DNA from: Haplodiscus bocki
Lineage: Eukaryota
Direction: 5' to 3'
NCBI GenBank assembly: GCA_965655095.1
Contig: OZ296653.1
Location: 3,348,001 to 3,412,000, forward strand
Length of the DNA stretch: 64,000 nt
Shown: one piece after another, positions 36,065-48,029 of the stretch
How positions within the stretch are numbered: position 1 is the first letter of the stretch
How the letters are laid out: the number at the start of each line of letters is the position of its first letter
The notes under the pieces: model-generated
Database searches by the model: none
Seen by the model: the letters and a program-made list of their open reading frames with translations, nothing else
What the model was told of the DNA's origin: nothing
Translations under genes and position numbers: made by a program

Positions 36065-36340
36065 CACTACTGTACGCATAATATTCTCTTCAATTCACCA
36101 CCCGATTGTCAACAAATTGAATTTTTTGGAAAACAACCAAGCAAACTCAACTTTTTAAGAGTGTTACACAAAGGCAGTAGCAGAGCCACATGGTCATTTA
36201 CTCATTGACTTGGACACAAAGACTCGTGAATGTTTGAGATTTTGTTCGAACATTGTAGGTCCTAGACCAACCACATTTTATCTGCCGTCTTCACAAGCAA
36301 AATTTACGGAAATCAACAATCAGCGAGAAAAATTTGCCGA
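36065..36340 (+). pseudogene. Packaging ATPase C-terminal fragment
   Basis: CYTKAVAEPHGHLLIDLDTK..LRFCSNIVGPRPTTFYLP; N-terminus replaced by the repeat insertion. Confidence 0.75.
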
Positions 36341-37234
36341 CATTCAGTCTCTTGGGAAAACCAACCTCAGGTCAGCAACAAAAACTCTTGGAAAATTGTG
36401 ACAGATTTTCTGATTTTTTGCTGTGAATGTGCACCTAGTGTTATAAACGGTACTGTGGGAATCAAATTGAAAAAGCTGCGTCTTTATGAAAAGCAACTCA
36501 GACTACGCTGTAGAAAGTCAACGTCAATCAAGAAACGCAGAATTATTTTGTCATCAAAAGATCTGAAATTATGAATTTGATAAATCATACTTGTTTTTGC
36601 TATTTGACAGATTGATTTTTGTTATGGATACCCATGAAGTTATTCTCAAAGTTGTGACAATTGATCTTTGTTATGAATACCCAAGAATTTATTGTTATAC
36701 CAAAATGTTTCTACACACAACAAAACAATTCAACATTACAAGTTTTGAAGGACCCAGAAGTTGAACAAAAAGGAAAATCTCTGACTTTACTCAAAAGAAA
36801 TAAAACGTTCACCGAAACCTCACCAGTGGATGAAAATGAAAAAATCGCTAACGAGAATCTTTTGAGGTCTCGATATCCTGACAGCGGCCCAGAAACAAAA
36901 AAAAACATATTTCAAGCAAAATTGAAGCTTCCGCCGTTATTGATTTTATTGAGATTGGTGAGTCAACTGTGGACACGAATTCAACAAAAATTTCACTTTC
37001 AACATATCTCTACAACCTACAGCAACCAACCAAAAACTTGAAAGATCCTGCGTATTCCATTGTTTCTGAAGAATTACAGTTAAAACCCGATTTGATCCCA
37101 AATAAAAACACCAAAAAAATTCTGAATCGTTCGCTCGAAACAACTAGAAAAAGAAAAGACCACTCTCCAAACTTTTGGCATGCCAGCGACGAAGAATCTG
37201 AAGAAAATTATAAAGGCAAAGTGTCTGGATCGAA

Positions 37235-38105
37235 AACGTGGACAACTCTCTGAAAAGGACCAATAACTATGGGAGAAACTATACACAAGGTCCCGCCGCT
37301 TACGGAAGTATTCAAAACCTAATGAAAGCAAGTAAACTGTCAAAGTAAAGTAGCTGGAACAGACGTTCACACAAAGTACCGCACTCCGAGAAAAAAAGTT
37401 CCGCGATTGAATGTTCAAGCCTATCGGATAAACGATTGATGTTGCTTACATGGACAATATTGCGGAATACAACAATTATGTAAAGTACTTACTAGTTGCC
37501 GTAGTTTTATCTAGATTTTTACGACAACCCTTGAAAACCAAAAGTGCGACAGATACAATTCGTGCTTTCAAAAGAATGAGAACAAAGATTTTTCCTGAGT
37601 AGGTATGGTCAGTGAAATGACCGGAATTAAAACAATTTTGTGATTCCAAAAATGCTGAGCTATACAGTACACACAGTGAAACGAAGTCTGCTTTTGCGGA
37701 GCGAAATATTCGATCTTTGAAAAATATATCTTATAAACATTTGGAAAAGAAAAGCTCCTATCACTATATCAATAAACTTCATGACTTTGTAGACATTATT
37801 AGTTCACGAGTCAATCGAGTGACTGGTTTTGCGCCAAAAAAAGGTCACGACAAGACATGAATTTCAGTTGGTTTCACTGGTCTCTAATCAGTCCACTAAG
37901 CGAAGCCAAAATTCAAGCCGGGACACTGTGAGAGTGTCAAAAGAAAATTTACCGTTCAGAAAAGGTTATTAGCGAAACTTTACTGACGAATTCTTTGAAA
38001 TTGAAAAAATTACCACTCTGAATCCTCCAACGTAAACTTTGAGATTCCAACAGAGAAAAAACTCTAGGCAAATTCTATCCACCAGAATTAATCTCGGTTG
38101 AAAAA
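37235..38105 (+). pseudogene. Polinton integrase
   Basis: RLNVQAYRIN, DVAYMD, YSTHSETKSAFAERNIRSLK, KFKPG, FRKGY, GKFYPPEL. Confidence 0.88.
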
Positions 38106-38106
38106 A

Positions 38107-38996
38107 ATGGCAGAATTCGAAGTACACTTGTTGTCCACAACGTCAATGAATATTTTTGCTGACAATACACTAGCGTCATTGAAGAATCAACTCCCTCAAA
38201 ACTTATCTTTAGAAGGTGGCTGGCGCGTTGCATTCTCCGAAAGTTTTTTCCTACGGACATGAAAAGTATCTACACAGACTTTTTCTATCAGGTTCACAAC
38301 ATTAACGGCAAAGAGAAACTATACAAAGACGACGCTGATGAAGAAAAAAAACAATGAAGAGGAGGAGGACGTGCATGAAAGTTGTGTTGAAAAAGAGGAG
38401 ACTGAAGGGATTTAAATGTAATATCAATAAAAAAAGTAAAACCGGGGCAGTACAGAAAAATTAGTAACGTACTCTTCACACTGTATTCAAAATTTCGTGG
38501 AATATGCTACAGGATGGAGCATCTCGAATCCTTGAAGATGAAAGAGTCAAACTTGAATTCAATGCAAACGCTGCTTTTACGTCTCCCAACAGAAATATCC
38601 CCAATATTCTTGGTTTCCGAGCAAGAGAGACACCTTTTGGCATCCATGGTGGAAATGAATATTTTGAAGATAGGAGAATCTCTGGGGACTTTCCAAATGA
38701 TCTTTCAGGTATCACGCTAGTTTTTGTGTACACTGATTTGATTGAATACCAAAACACTGCTAGTGTAAAAGCACCAATTCTGCGAATCATTGATAGTGGG
38801 AAATGCGTAGACAACAGTTTGGTTGTGACAACACAAGGTTTGGAGCGGAGATCAATTTTGATTTACAATACAAGAAACTTCGTACAAAACATACAAACCA
38901 ATCAGCATACAACTTAAATGTGAGACTGATATTCTGGTTCCATTCTTTAGTGCGGGACAGGTTGTTTTGACGTTGAAATTCAAAAAATTAGCATAG
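38107..38996 (+). pseudogene. Minor capsid protein
   Basis: LKNQLPQNLSLEGGWRVAFSE; LVFVYTDLIEYQNTASVKAPILRIID. Confidence 0.82.
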
Positions 38997-39380
38997 TCGA
39001 TAATTATTACGCCAAACAAGTGTATTTACACCGTCTTTCGAGCTGCAAAAGACAACGAGGCAGTGGAATTGGTGCATTAGCAGCAGTAATTGGTCAAGTT
39101 GCTTTCCTTTTTGCCAAAAAGTTTCTCCTACCCGCCGCCAAAAACATTGGTAAAGAATTGCTTGCACAATGTGTCCCTGAAGTTTTGGATGTTATCACAA
39201 AAAGAGAATGACCCCGGAAAGCAGTCAAAAATGTCATATCACAAACAATAAAGAAACAGATTGGTGGAAGAGGCAAACAGCTTCGGAGATCCAAAAAACG
39301 CAAAACCACCACCAAATCAAAACGCAAGCAGAGAAGTCGGTCGGATTTCTCCTCAAAAGTCAAAAATGTTGCCTAACATT
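38997..39380 (+). pseudogene. Basic virion core-like protein
   Basis: NYYAKQV..KRQRGSGIGALAA..KKFLLPAAKNIGKELL..KQIGGRG. Confidence 0.7.
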
Positions 39381-40657
39381 TTACCTCGAAGCATCACACA
39401 GCTCATTGAACATTTTTGAACAATGACTTGTTTTGACTGTTTTCGATTCTTCTTTCGAACAAAGAATTGGTCCAATTCAATACCCAATGTGCCGACGCTT
39501 GAATTTCAAGTTGGCGATCGAAACAACTTATTGGATTTGCAGAAAATTTTCTTGGAGATGAAATGCAAAATATCAGAAAACGATGGCTCAGATATACGAT
39601 ATGACGCAGCTAATGCCTCCCAATCTGATACTCCTGTCTTTCTTAACAACAGTCTTCACTCGCTTTTTCTGAATGTACAGTGCCAATGGAATGAAAGTTT
39701 CAAACTCAAACGGTGTTCACGCTCAAAAAGCTTTCATTGAAACCGAATATTCCAATGGAAAGGAGGCCAAGGATACCTGGCTAAGTTGTCAAGGATGTAA
39801 TTACGAAGCAGACCCTGGAGACCATACCAGTATCGTCTTTACCAGCAGAGGAGCAGAGACTAGAGAGTCCCGAGAGGTTACACTTTTTGGTAAAGTTGCA
39901 GCAGACATCACCTGCGACAAACACCTGCTCAGTGGTGTAACACTCGTTTCTTTTGTTAGATCCAGGCCTGACTTTCTTTTGATGTTTTGACGGGGATGCC
40001 AGAAACTACAAAATCACTCTATCCCAAGCTAACCTCTACTTTCGTAAAATGACCGTGTCTGATCAATTTTTTACTGCAATTGAAAAGACAATGACAAAAA
40101 CACCTGCTCTTTATCGCTACCCTCAAGTTTTAACGAAGACGTATCTAACTCCTCAAGAAAGTCGAAGCTGGAGGAAAGAGGATGTATTCAGCAAGGAGCC
40201 AATCAGACGTTTTGCTCTCGCTCTAATTTCCAATCAGGCTTTTCTTGGCTCCAATTTAGCAAACCCATTCCATTATCAAAAATATGGCTTGAACGAAGTT
40301 AGTTTACCGCAATGGATACCCCATTGCAGGCACTCGCCTTTCAACAGATGAAAGCGAGTTTACATGACCACTATGGATGCTCTTGCTTTTGATTATCACG
40401 GACATGGTATTCCTTTCACCAATTACACGGATCATTTTGTGCTTGTTTTTGACCTTACAAGTACACAACAAGCATCTCATGATCTTCTCTGTACTTAGCT
40501 GACTCTATCCAATGGGGCTGTGTCCTTGGATCTGAAGTATTCGGCAGTATTACCAGCAAATACTGAAGTGTTTCTATTGGGCGAAAAAGCGTCAACAATT
40601 TATGTTGACTCTAATAGAAGAATGTCCAAAAACGTCATTTTGAATCCTACAACATAA
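39366..40657 (+). pseudogene. Major capsid protein
   Basis: EASHSSLNIFE, LLDLQKIFLE, VFLNNSLHSLF, EDVFSKEPIRR, NPFHYQK, VLVFDLTSTQQASHD. Confidence 0.88.
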
Positions 40658-40659
40658 AA

Positions 40660-41071
40660 ATGGACGAAGTTTACTTATCACAGCTGATGAAAAATTGTTC
40701 AAGAATATATAACAAATTTGAAGGAATTCATCCAGGCGATAATTTGCTGTCCTCCTGCCAAACTACAGTTTTGTTGTGGTTAATTCAGTAATCCTAAACA
40801 GCATTGGATAGTGTGGAGTAATGTGAAAGGTACATACAATTTTACGGATCCTCTTGTTTTGGATTTGTTTTCTCCTTACCTAAGCATTGGCAAAAGGATA
40901 TCTTCAGTCAAAGTTGAACAAATTTTGAAGGATGTTTAACCATTAGAAAGCCAAAGCTCAAACTTGTGTGGTTTCTTTTGTGTTTATGTTGCTCATTTTT
41001 TATTCAGCTCTCATTATCCTGATTTTTCCTCTATTACTGAAACTGATTTGCTTGGTTTTGTAAGACATTTA
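40660..41071 (+). pseudogene. Adenain-like protease
   Basis: QHWIVW, FTDPL, SQSSNLCGFFCVYVAH. Confidence 0.82.
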
Positions 41072-41710
41072 AAGTAAGTAGGTTTTCAGTTTCTCAAGAT
41101 TTTCATTCAGAGAAAAGGTTAGTACAGGTCCGAAATTTATGGAACCATGACCAGTTTGAATAGTATCAGCAATTATTAAAAGGTGACCTCCGTAGGGACC
41201 AAGCATAACACTTTCCAAACGTTGCGTCGTTGCTTGACTCGGTCCACAATTGACCTGGACGGCTTTGTCACATTTTTGCACAGAAAATTAATTTGAACGT
41301 AGAAATTTCCTCGGGTATTTGTTTCCAACAATTGACTGCAAGTCACCATTGTAATGGATAGCCTGGTGTAATTCTTGAAACAGTTCGCCGAATACCTCCT
41401 TTCCCTCGCTATTTGATATAAGTAGAGCGTAAGTCGTATATAAACAGGGTAGTGAATAACTTTTGGGTTGACCCTTGTGACTTTCTCCAAAACATGTTGC
41501 AAGAACGCGATAATGGTTGTCAGTAAGTGCGTTGCAAGGTCCATCATGTGCGAGTGAATGTAAGCCAAAAGCTATAACCATATCTATTGGAAAGTCAATA
41601 CCGTGTTTGGGTTCTCCAGACAAAAAGAAGCGAAAACTTTTTCGAAAGTGTTTAAAATAACCGGGGAAACATTCAAACATTGCTTCCACCATATTTGTGG
41701 ACAGGATCAA
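41069..41710 (-). pseudogene. Polinton ORFan (~215 aa, one in-frame stop)
   Basis: ORFs 41288-41710 and 41069-41281 are in the same frame and convergent with the protease. Confidence 0.45.
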
Positions 41711-41719
41711 TGTTTTCCT

Positions 41720-42225
41720 TGTTGGCCTCGTCGGAATTCTCCTCGTCGTCCACTTCTACCACAACAGTCTTTTTGTCTCTTTTTTGGTTTTTTGGTTACT
41801 TTCTTGGCACGTGGGCGTTGAAAATTGATTTTCTCAAAGCAAAGAGCTTCTCAAACTCTTCCTGCGTTAAGTTGATTTTTTGCACGAGGTTGAACTCTCC
41901 GTCTGCTTTCTTTTTGAACAATTTCAAAACAATTACGCCGGTTCTTTTCGTAATTTTTAACAGGTGCTCGAATGTGACGGTTTGACTTTTGTGAAATATC
42001 AATGTAGTAATCACCAAAGGCTTCGTCTTTGGGAAGAGTAAAATCGCCAACGAAAGTCCAACTGAACACAAAGAGCACAAATTTAAAAAATAGATTCTAT
42101 GAATATACAAGCTCTATGACAGGTAGGTATCGTATGGGACAATTAGATCTTTTCATTGATCTCAGTTGGAGGTCTCCTTTGATTTTCTTTTCAGCTGCTT
42201 TTGCGGCGACACTTTTTTTCATCGT
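41720..42225 (-). pseudogene. PC4-like ssDNA-binding protein
   Basis: YYIDISQK..VIVLKLFKK..FNLVQKINLTQEEFEKL resembles the PC4 fold pattern. Confidence 0.45.
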
Positions 42226-43873
42226 GACACTAACTATAATAAAAAACATGTACTTCTGAAAGGCAAAAACTCTAAACACCTGGAAACCTGGCCGTTTGAA
42301 GGCGCGGTAAATTAGTAACCAGCCTCAAAAGTTACCTACAGCATTTCAAACCCGAACAAAAGTCTTTAATAGTTTCACACCTTTTGGTTTTATATAGAGA
42401 CCGCCACCAACCTCGAGACATTCCCGAGAACGCGTTAGTTTTTGCAAATCAAACGTCCAAAGAGGTTCGTTCAAAATTTCTGTCAAATGGCTACAGTTTT
42501 AACACTCTTCACTTGTCAGTGTTTCATTTTCTATGAGACTGAATTTCAAGCAGCCCTTGTAATCATTGAGCAAGGAAGATCACAGGAAATCCCATCCAAA
42601 GATGACAACTCACCAGCCAAGTAAGAGACGAAAGAGGAGATTTTCCTGCCCACCGTTGTGTACAACAAAGTTGGTCCAGCCCACACAAGTCAAAGTCAGT
42701 TCTGAAGAGAAAGTGGAAAGTGGATTATGTTGATTGGGATTCCGATTAGCATTGGGACGTCGAACAACTACATCGCTGTGACCTTCTTTTGCTCCCTATA
42801 GCAATAAAGCGTATTCTGTGCAAGCACGATTGCTCAATGGTTCCCATCACCAATAACGAAATGGGTGTTTGGAGGGAAATCGTTGGAGCCCTGTTGGGGT
42901 GCAGAATGGGACCCGTCTTCTCCAACGCCACATCCAACATCTCCAGTAGCAGGCAACGTTACGCAAGACGAAGACTTTGATGTGGTTGAAGAATCGACTG
43001 TGCAGACAACAATTGTTACCCCGAAAAGAAGTGGATTCAGTGTTGTCGAAGCGCTACCAGTGAAAAAGATAAAGGGAGTCAAAAACATTTTCAAAATAGC
43101 ATAAACTGACAAATCTAACTATTCAAAAGCTTTATCTAATAAAAATTTCAACAATTTCTATTTGAATTCTCTTCTTACTAGACCACCAGGAGGTTACCGC
43201 AAAGCAGTTTTGAAATTCAAGTTTGCAAAGTCTTTTTCAGAGGAGTAAATTTCAATAGTCGCGTAGTTTACGAGAAAATTTTTAGAGCGAGTTTTTGATC
43301 GTTTTCGGTCAAAAGAACAAAGATTTTTGTACATTGAAAAAAATTACGGAGCTGGCAATTGAGACACCAACAGAAAAGAAGACGTTGAATCCGGTGGTGA
43401 AAATCGTAGGACGCTAGCTTTGATGAGTTTTGAGATTTTGGCCAAAAAATGCATGTTTTGAAAATGGGTATTTTTGACAAAAAATGTCAATTTTCCCAAA
43501 AACTGTTCGTCGGAACGGTTGGAAAATTTGCATACAGATCCGCAAGACAGTTTTGGAAAAATGAAATTTGAACAAAGAAGTGTCCTCCAAAAACACCCTT
43601 CTTCAAGAAACGCAAAGAATTCCGTTATTCCTTCCATTCAAACGGTCAATAAACAGAGATTAAATCAGTTTGAAGACTCTTGGTGTGCGACCAACCATCG
43701 CTTTCCAGGGAAAAATGACGTGCCGGATACCATATAAAGTGGTCGGATCAGAATTCAAAGAAAGTCAGAATCCCTCCCTCCGCTTACCATATGTGGTTGT
43801 CGTCAATTTATCGGAGCGCAGTAAAAAATATATTTTCGCAATCTTGACTTTGAGGAACACCCGACTTGTCAAA

Positions 43874-46800
43874 ATGGGTGCGGAGTGTGATATTTGCTTC
43901 AAAACCTGTAGTTCGAGAAATTTGCGCCGACACAAGTAAAATGTACACAAAGTACTTCCACAAATTAAACCATTCTCGTGTTCGGACTGCGACTTTGAAT
44001 ATACCCCAATAGTTTCCATGGCGGAAAACTTTTTGCAAAAACATGGACGTATAATAATCAATCATTGTTGCTACTATAACATCATCTATGGAGTTAGCGC
44101 CAAATTTTTGATTCATGCCGAAAGCGTCGACTCTTTACCAACAAAATTCACACAGAGAAACAATGCGGACATTGAAAGATTCACCGGTTACAAACGGAAA
44201 CAGCATTCACAGGATCATTACGAACTTTTCAGCTGAAGCGAAAACTTACATGCAATAATTTGTTAGAATTGTTTGGTCAGGAAAAAAATCAGATACAAAA
44301 CTTGGAGAAAGGAACTCGCGATGGTTCCCAAAAAAGTTCAATTAACAACAGAATTGAAACTAGTGAAACCGAAAATTGACCAAACCTCAGAAGAAACTAT
44401 TAAAATGTACACCTACAGTGACTGTGTACCACTACACCTACAGTGACTGTGTACCACTTTAATTTTTTGGAATCTCGGATGACGATTATTTTCGTTTGAT
44501 TGAACAACTGACATTGGCTTTGTATACCTTTGCATCGCATGATAGCGGATGTATTTTGTTGGAAATAAAAACTTAGTAGTAAAATTTATATCATCTTCAC
44601 CAATACAAGGCCGATCTTTCATAGTTCTTTCCAGCAATCTCCGTATTTGTCAGGCTCTAATCAATATTCGCAACATTGCCTATGAAAACGGTTTTTCTAT
44701 TGTTATACTGCTGCATACCTTCTATACACGGAGGAACCTCTCATCCAAACAAGTTCTTGGCGATGCAATACAAACCCCGATACCTATAATCTCAATATCA
44801 ACCCGCTAGCCAAAAAGCATCTGGGTGAGTTCTCAATGCCAATGCCATTCAATCAAATTGTTCGCTTTGAAAAACTCAACGAGCTCCAAGTGAATGTCTT
44901 TAGATTCCGAAAAAAGGACTTCGTACCCTTGAGAGTCAAAATTTCGATGTGATTTCATTACAGATTTATTACTGTTATCAGAAGATGACAATCATCACTC
45001 TGTTTCGATTACCGATTTGAAACATTTTGTCAACTTCATCAAAACTAAGCAAAGTAGTTTGAGAGACGAAATATGCAAAAACTGTTCCCATGTTTGTAAT
45101 TCAATTGGAAGTTTAAAAAATCACAAAATCAACTGTTACGAAAATTGAGCCGCTACCTTGGTTCTGCCGGATGATAAGAAAAAGCTTTACCAATTCAAAA
45201 GTACGCAAGCCACTTATTTTTGTACCTCTCGTTATTTATTTCAACACCGAAGCCCTTCTCGCTCCCCTATCCATACATGTGCCTCCGCACCAAATGCCAG
45301 TGAGCGGATGAAATGGGAAATTATTTCCCCTCTGGCTATGCTTTCATAATTGTTGAGCATGGGAATGGCAAAGTTTTGTCGGCAGAATCAAAACAGAACA
45401 CAACTGTTTGAAAGATTTTATCAAATAGTTGGAAGAAATAGCAAAGGATATTTATAACCGAAAAAAGTAATCGATTTTTCAGAATTAACCCTCCATTACC
45501 AAAAGAATCTGTCAATGACTGCTGGATTCGAATTGAACCTTTCGAAAATGACCAAGAAAAAGTTTTGGACCATTGTCAGTATAGTGGTAAGTTCTTAGGT
45601 TGGGCTCATTCTCAATGTAATCTGAAGGGAAAATCAATCAACTTCACCCCAGTCATTGCACACAACATGGCAGGCTATAACATCCATCATATATGTACGA
45701 AAATCAACACGAACAATTCGAACAACAAGTTCTCTGTGATTCCCACAACAGATGAAAAGTACATTTTTTTTCACTTTTTCCGTCTGGGTAAACTCTGGTG
45801 GACAAAAATGGAGTGACGAAAAGTGTTTATGAAGACATGCGATTTTGGATTCTTTCAAATTCACGCCACAGTCCCTGGAGAACTAGCTAATTTTTTGCCC
45901 AAAGAATATTTTTTTCACCTCGAGAGTCAATTCAGTATGCAAGAAACAGTGTCACAAATTGACTGACTCAAAAGGAAAGGCGTTTATCCCTACACATACG
46001 TGGACACTTTCGACAATTTCTCCCGAGTAAAACCACCTCCAAAAGAGTTTTAGAAAAACACACTAGAAGGTGGAAAACTTACTATTTCCGACGGAGACTT
46101 GGAGCATGCAAATCTTGTATTCCAAGAGTTTGATTGCAAAACGTTGAGCGACTACCATGATTTATATTTACACACAGATGTTCTGATTCTAGCGTCAGTC
46201 TTTGAAAAGTTTCGCAAAGTGTGCTATGCCACATACGGTGTGGGCTGTGTACATTTCTATAAGGCACCCAAATTGTCTGGTGAAACCTTTCTCAAATTCT
46301 GTAACGCTGAAATTGAACTTTTAACCAATCGAGAACATCTGGAAATGGCCGAAAACTTGATTCGCGGAGGAATTTCTTCAGTGTTTGCAAAACGTAATTT
46401 TGAAGCAAATATTAAATATTTATCAACCCATGACCCTTCAGCGAAACAATCATTTGGTTTTTTCATTGATGCAAACAACTTATACGGCGAAATCGTGGAA
46501 AAATTTCCTTTACCTTTAAAAAACTTTGTTTTGAAAACAGACAGTGAAATTGACCTGCATGAAATTCTAATTACGCCAGATGACTCCTCCATTATTCCGA
46601 GCATTTGCACGATCTACACTCAGATTTCCCATTGGCATCAACCAAAGAGGAAATAAGTTTTTTCGGGCTACTTGAATAAACCTAAGATAATTGGTGCCAC
46701 GATATTGGATCTGTCAAAGCGACACATGTATTGCTTCCACTATAAACATATGAAAGCAAATTTGAAAGCCCTAGTGCTTTATTCCGACACAGGTTCTCTG

Positions 46801-47283
46801 ATTTACGAGATTGAGTAGGAAGATTTGTACGAAGACCTCAAAAACAATGATGCATTTTACCAAAAGTATGAACTCTCAAACTATTACGAAGACAATCGGC
46901 TGCATTCCAAACATCAAAAGCTAGAAAAACTCAAGTTTAAAGACGAAATGGGTGGGAAGATAATGCACAGTGTCATTGCTCTGAAATCAAAACTTTTCAT
47001 TTTCAATGAGAGGTGAACAGAATTTTTCTGCAAAAGAAACCAACAAATTTGCGAAGAAAAGTCAAGCACCCAGTATTCTGAATTCTGGCAAGACATGCTT
47101 TATATCAGAACTTTGAATTATACAATAAACTGTGAAAAACATAATTTATTTACCTTACAAACCAGAAAAATATCGTTGAGCTGTTTCGATGATCAACAAT
47201 ACTTTCTGCTGAACGGCGTGGACACATTGCCTCTCGGACATTACTCCCTGCTAGAGGATGCACGTTCTTTCTGCGCAATGTAA
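43874..47283 (+). pseudogene. Protein-primed DNA polymerase B with C2H2 fingers and EndoVII-like insert
   Basis: CDIC..RRHK, DHCQYSGKFLGWAHSQCNL, HNMAGY, KGVYPY, YLHTDVLILA, IRGG, FIDANNLYG, YSDTGS, FKDEMGG, SCFDD; region around KxxxN appears deleted. Confidence 0.92.
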
Positions 47284-47469
47284 TATTGGAACAGAAAGAT
47301 ATCCTGAAACAGGTATAAATACAAATTATGCTGAACATGAATTTTCTCAAGCCTAAGCAGAGCTTGCCTAACTAAATCTCCCATTTTATATTTTGATTTT
47401 ATTTTCCTTTATCTAATAAATTTGTGTAAACATAATCCTCATTGTTTTTTAAAGATGCCTGGATTGGTG

Positions 47470-47985
47470 TTAATTGAGTTGAAGAATGTTTTGTGTTATT
47501 ATATTTCTATGTAATCTCTTTTATTTCATCTATCGAATTTGCATTGCCTTTTTCAAAAACAGGTTTTTAAGAAGATCTCCAATGGTTTCAATAAATCTTT
47601 CAGCTAATTCTGCACCTTTGGAAGAATATCTACTATGTCTTCTTATTTTATTTTGATATAAAAAGTCAGTGAACATTTTGTTCACAAAATGTTTTCCATC
47701 ATCAGTCTCAATTAATTTTGATTTGCTTTCTAAATTATGTTTTCAAAAAATGTTTCATTGTTTGTGCATTTTTTTAAATGGAATTGTCCATCCAAATACA
47801 GAGAATTTATCGAATACTACGGAAATATATCTCTCGCCTTCAATATTTTTTGGGCCATAATCTTCTAGTTCTAATAAATCCTTACTCCAAATGTTATCTA
47901 TGTAAAACACATCAATTCTGTTTGTAGCCGGTTTTTAGTGGATTAGCATAAATTTCGTTTACAAAAATCTTTTCGACCACATTAA
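47470..47985 (-). pseudogene. Integrase catalytic-core fragment
   Basis: YIDNIWSKDL, VVFDKFS..GWTIP, SRYSSKGAELAERFI. Confidence 0.8.
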
Positions 47986-48029
47986 TATTCCTTTATATAG
48001 TTCATTTTTTGTTTGATCAGTAGAAATTT

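Larger units (their letters stand above)
33092..47450 (+). mobile_element. Polinton/Maverick element 3 (left terminus intact, right end lost), inside a FLCN intron
   Basis: Starts agtagtaagga like element 2; carries DEDD-like, ATPase C-terminus, INT, mCP, core, MCP, PRO, PC4-like and pPolB genes. Confidence 0.9.

Noticed and set aside
43160-43190. Right terminus of element 3 (cttcttactag)
   Set aside because: Not a match to ccttactact, no hairpin or cttgtt TSD, and pPolB continues beyond it
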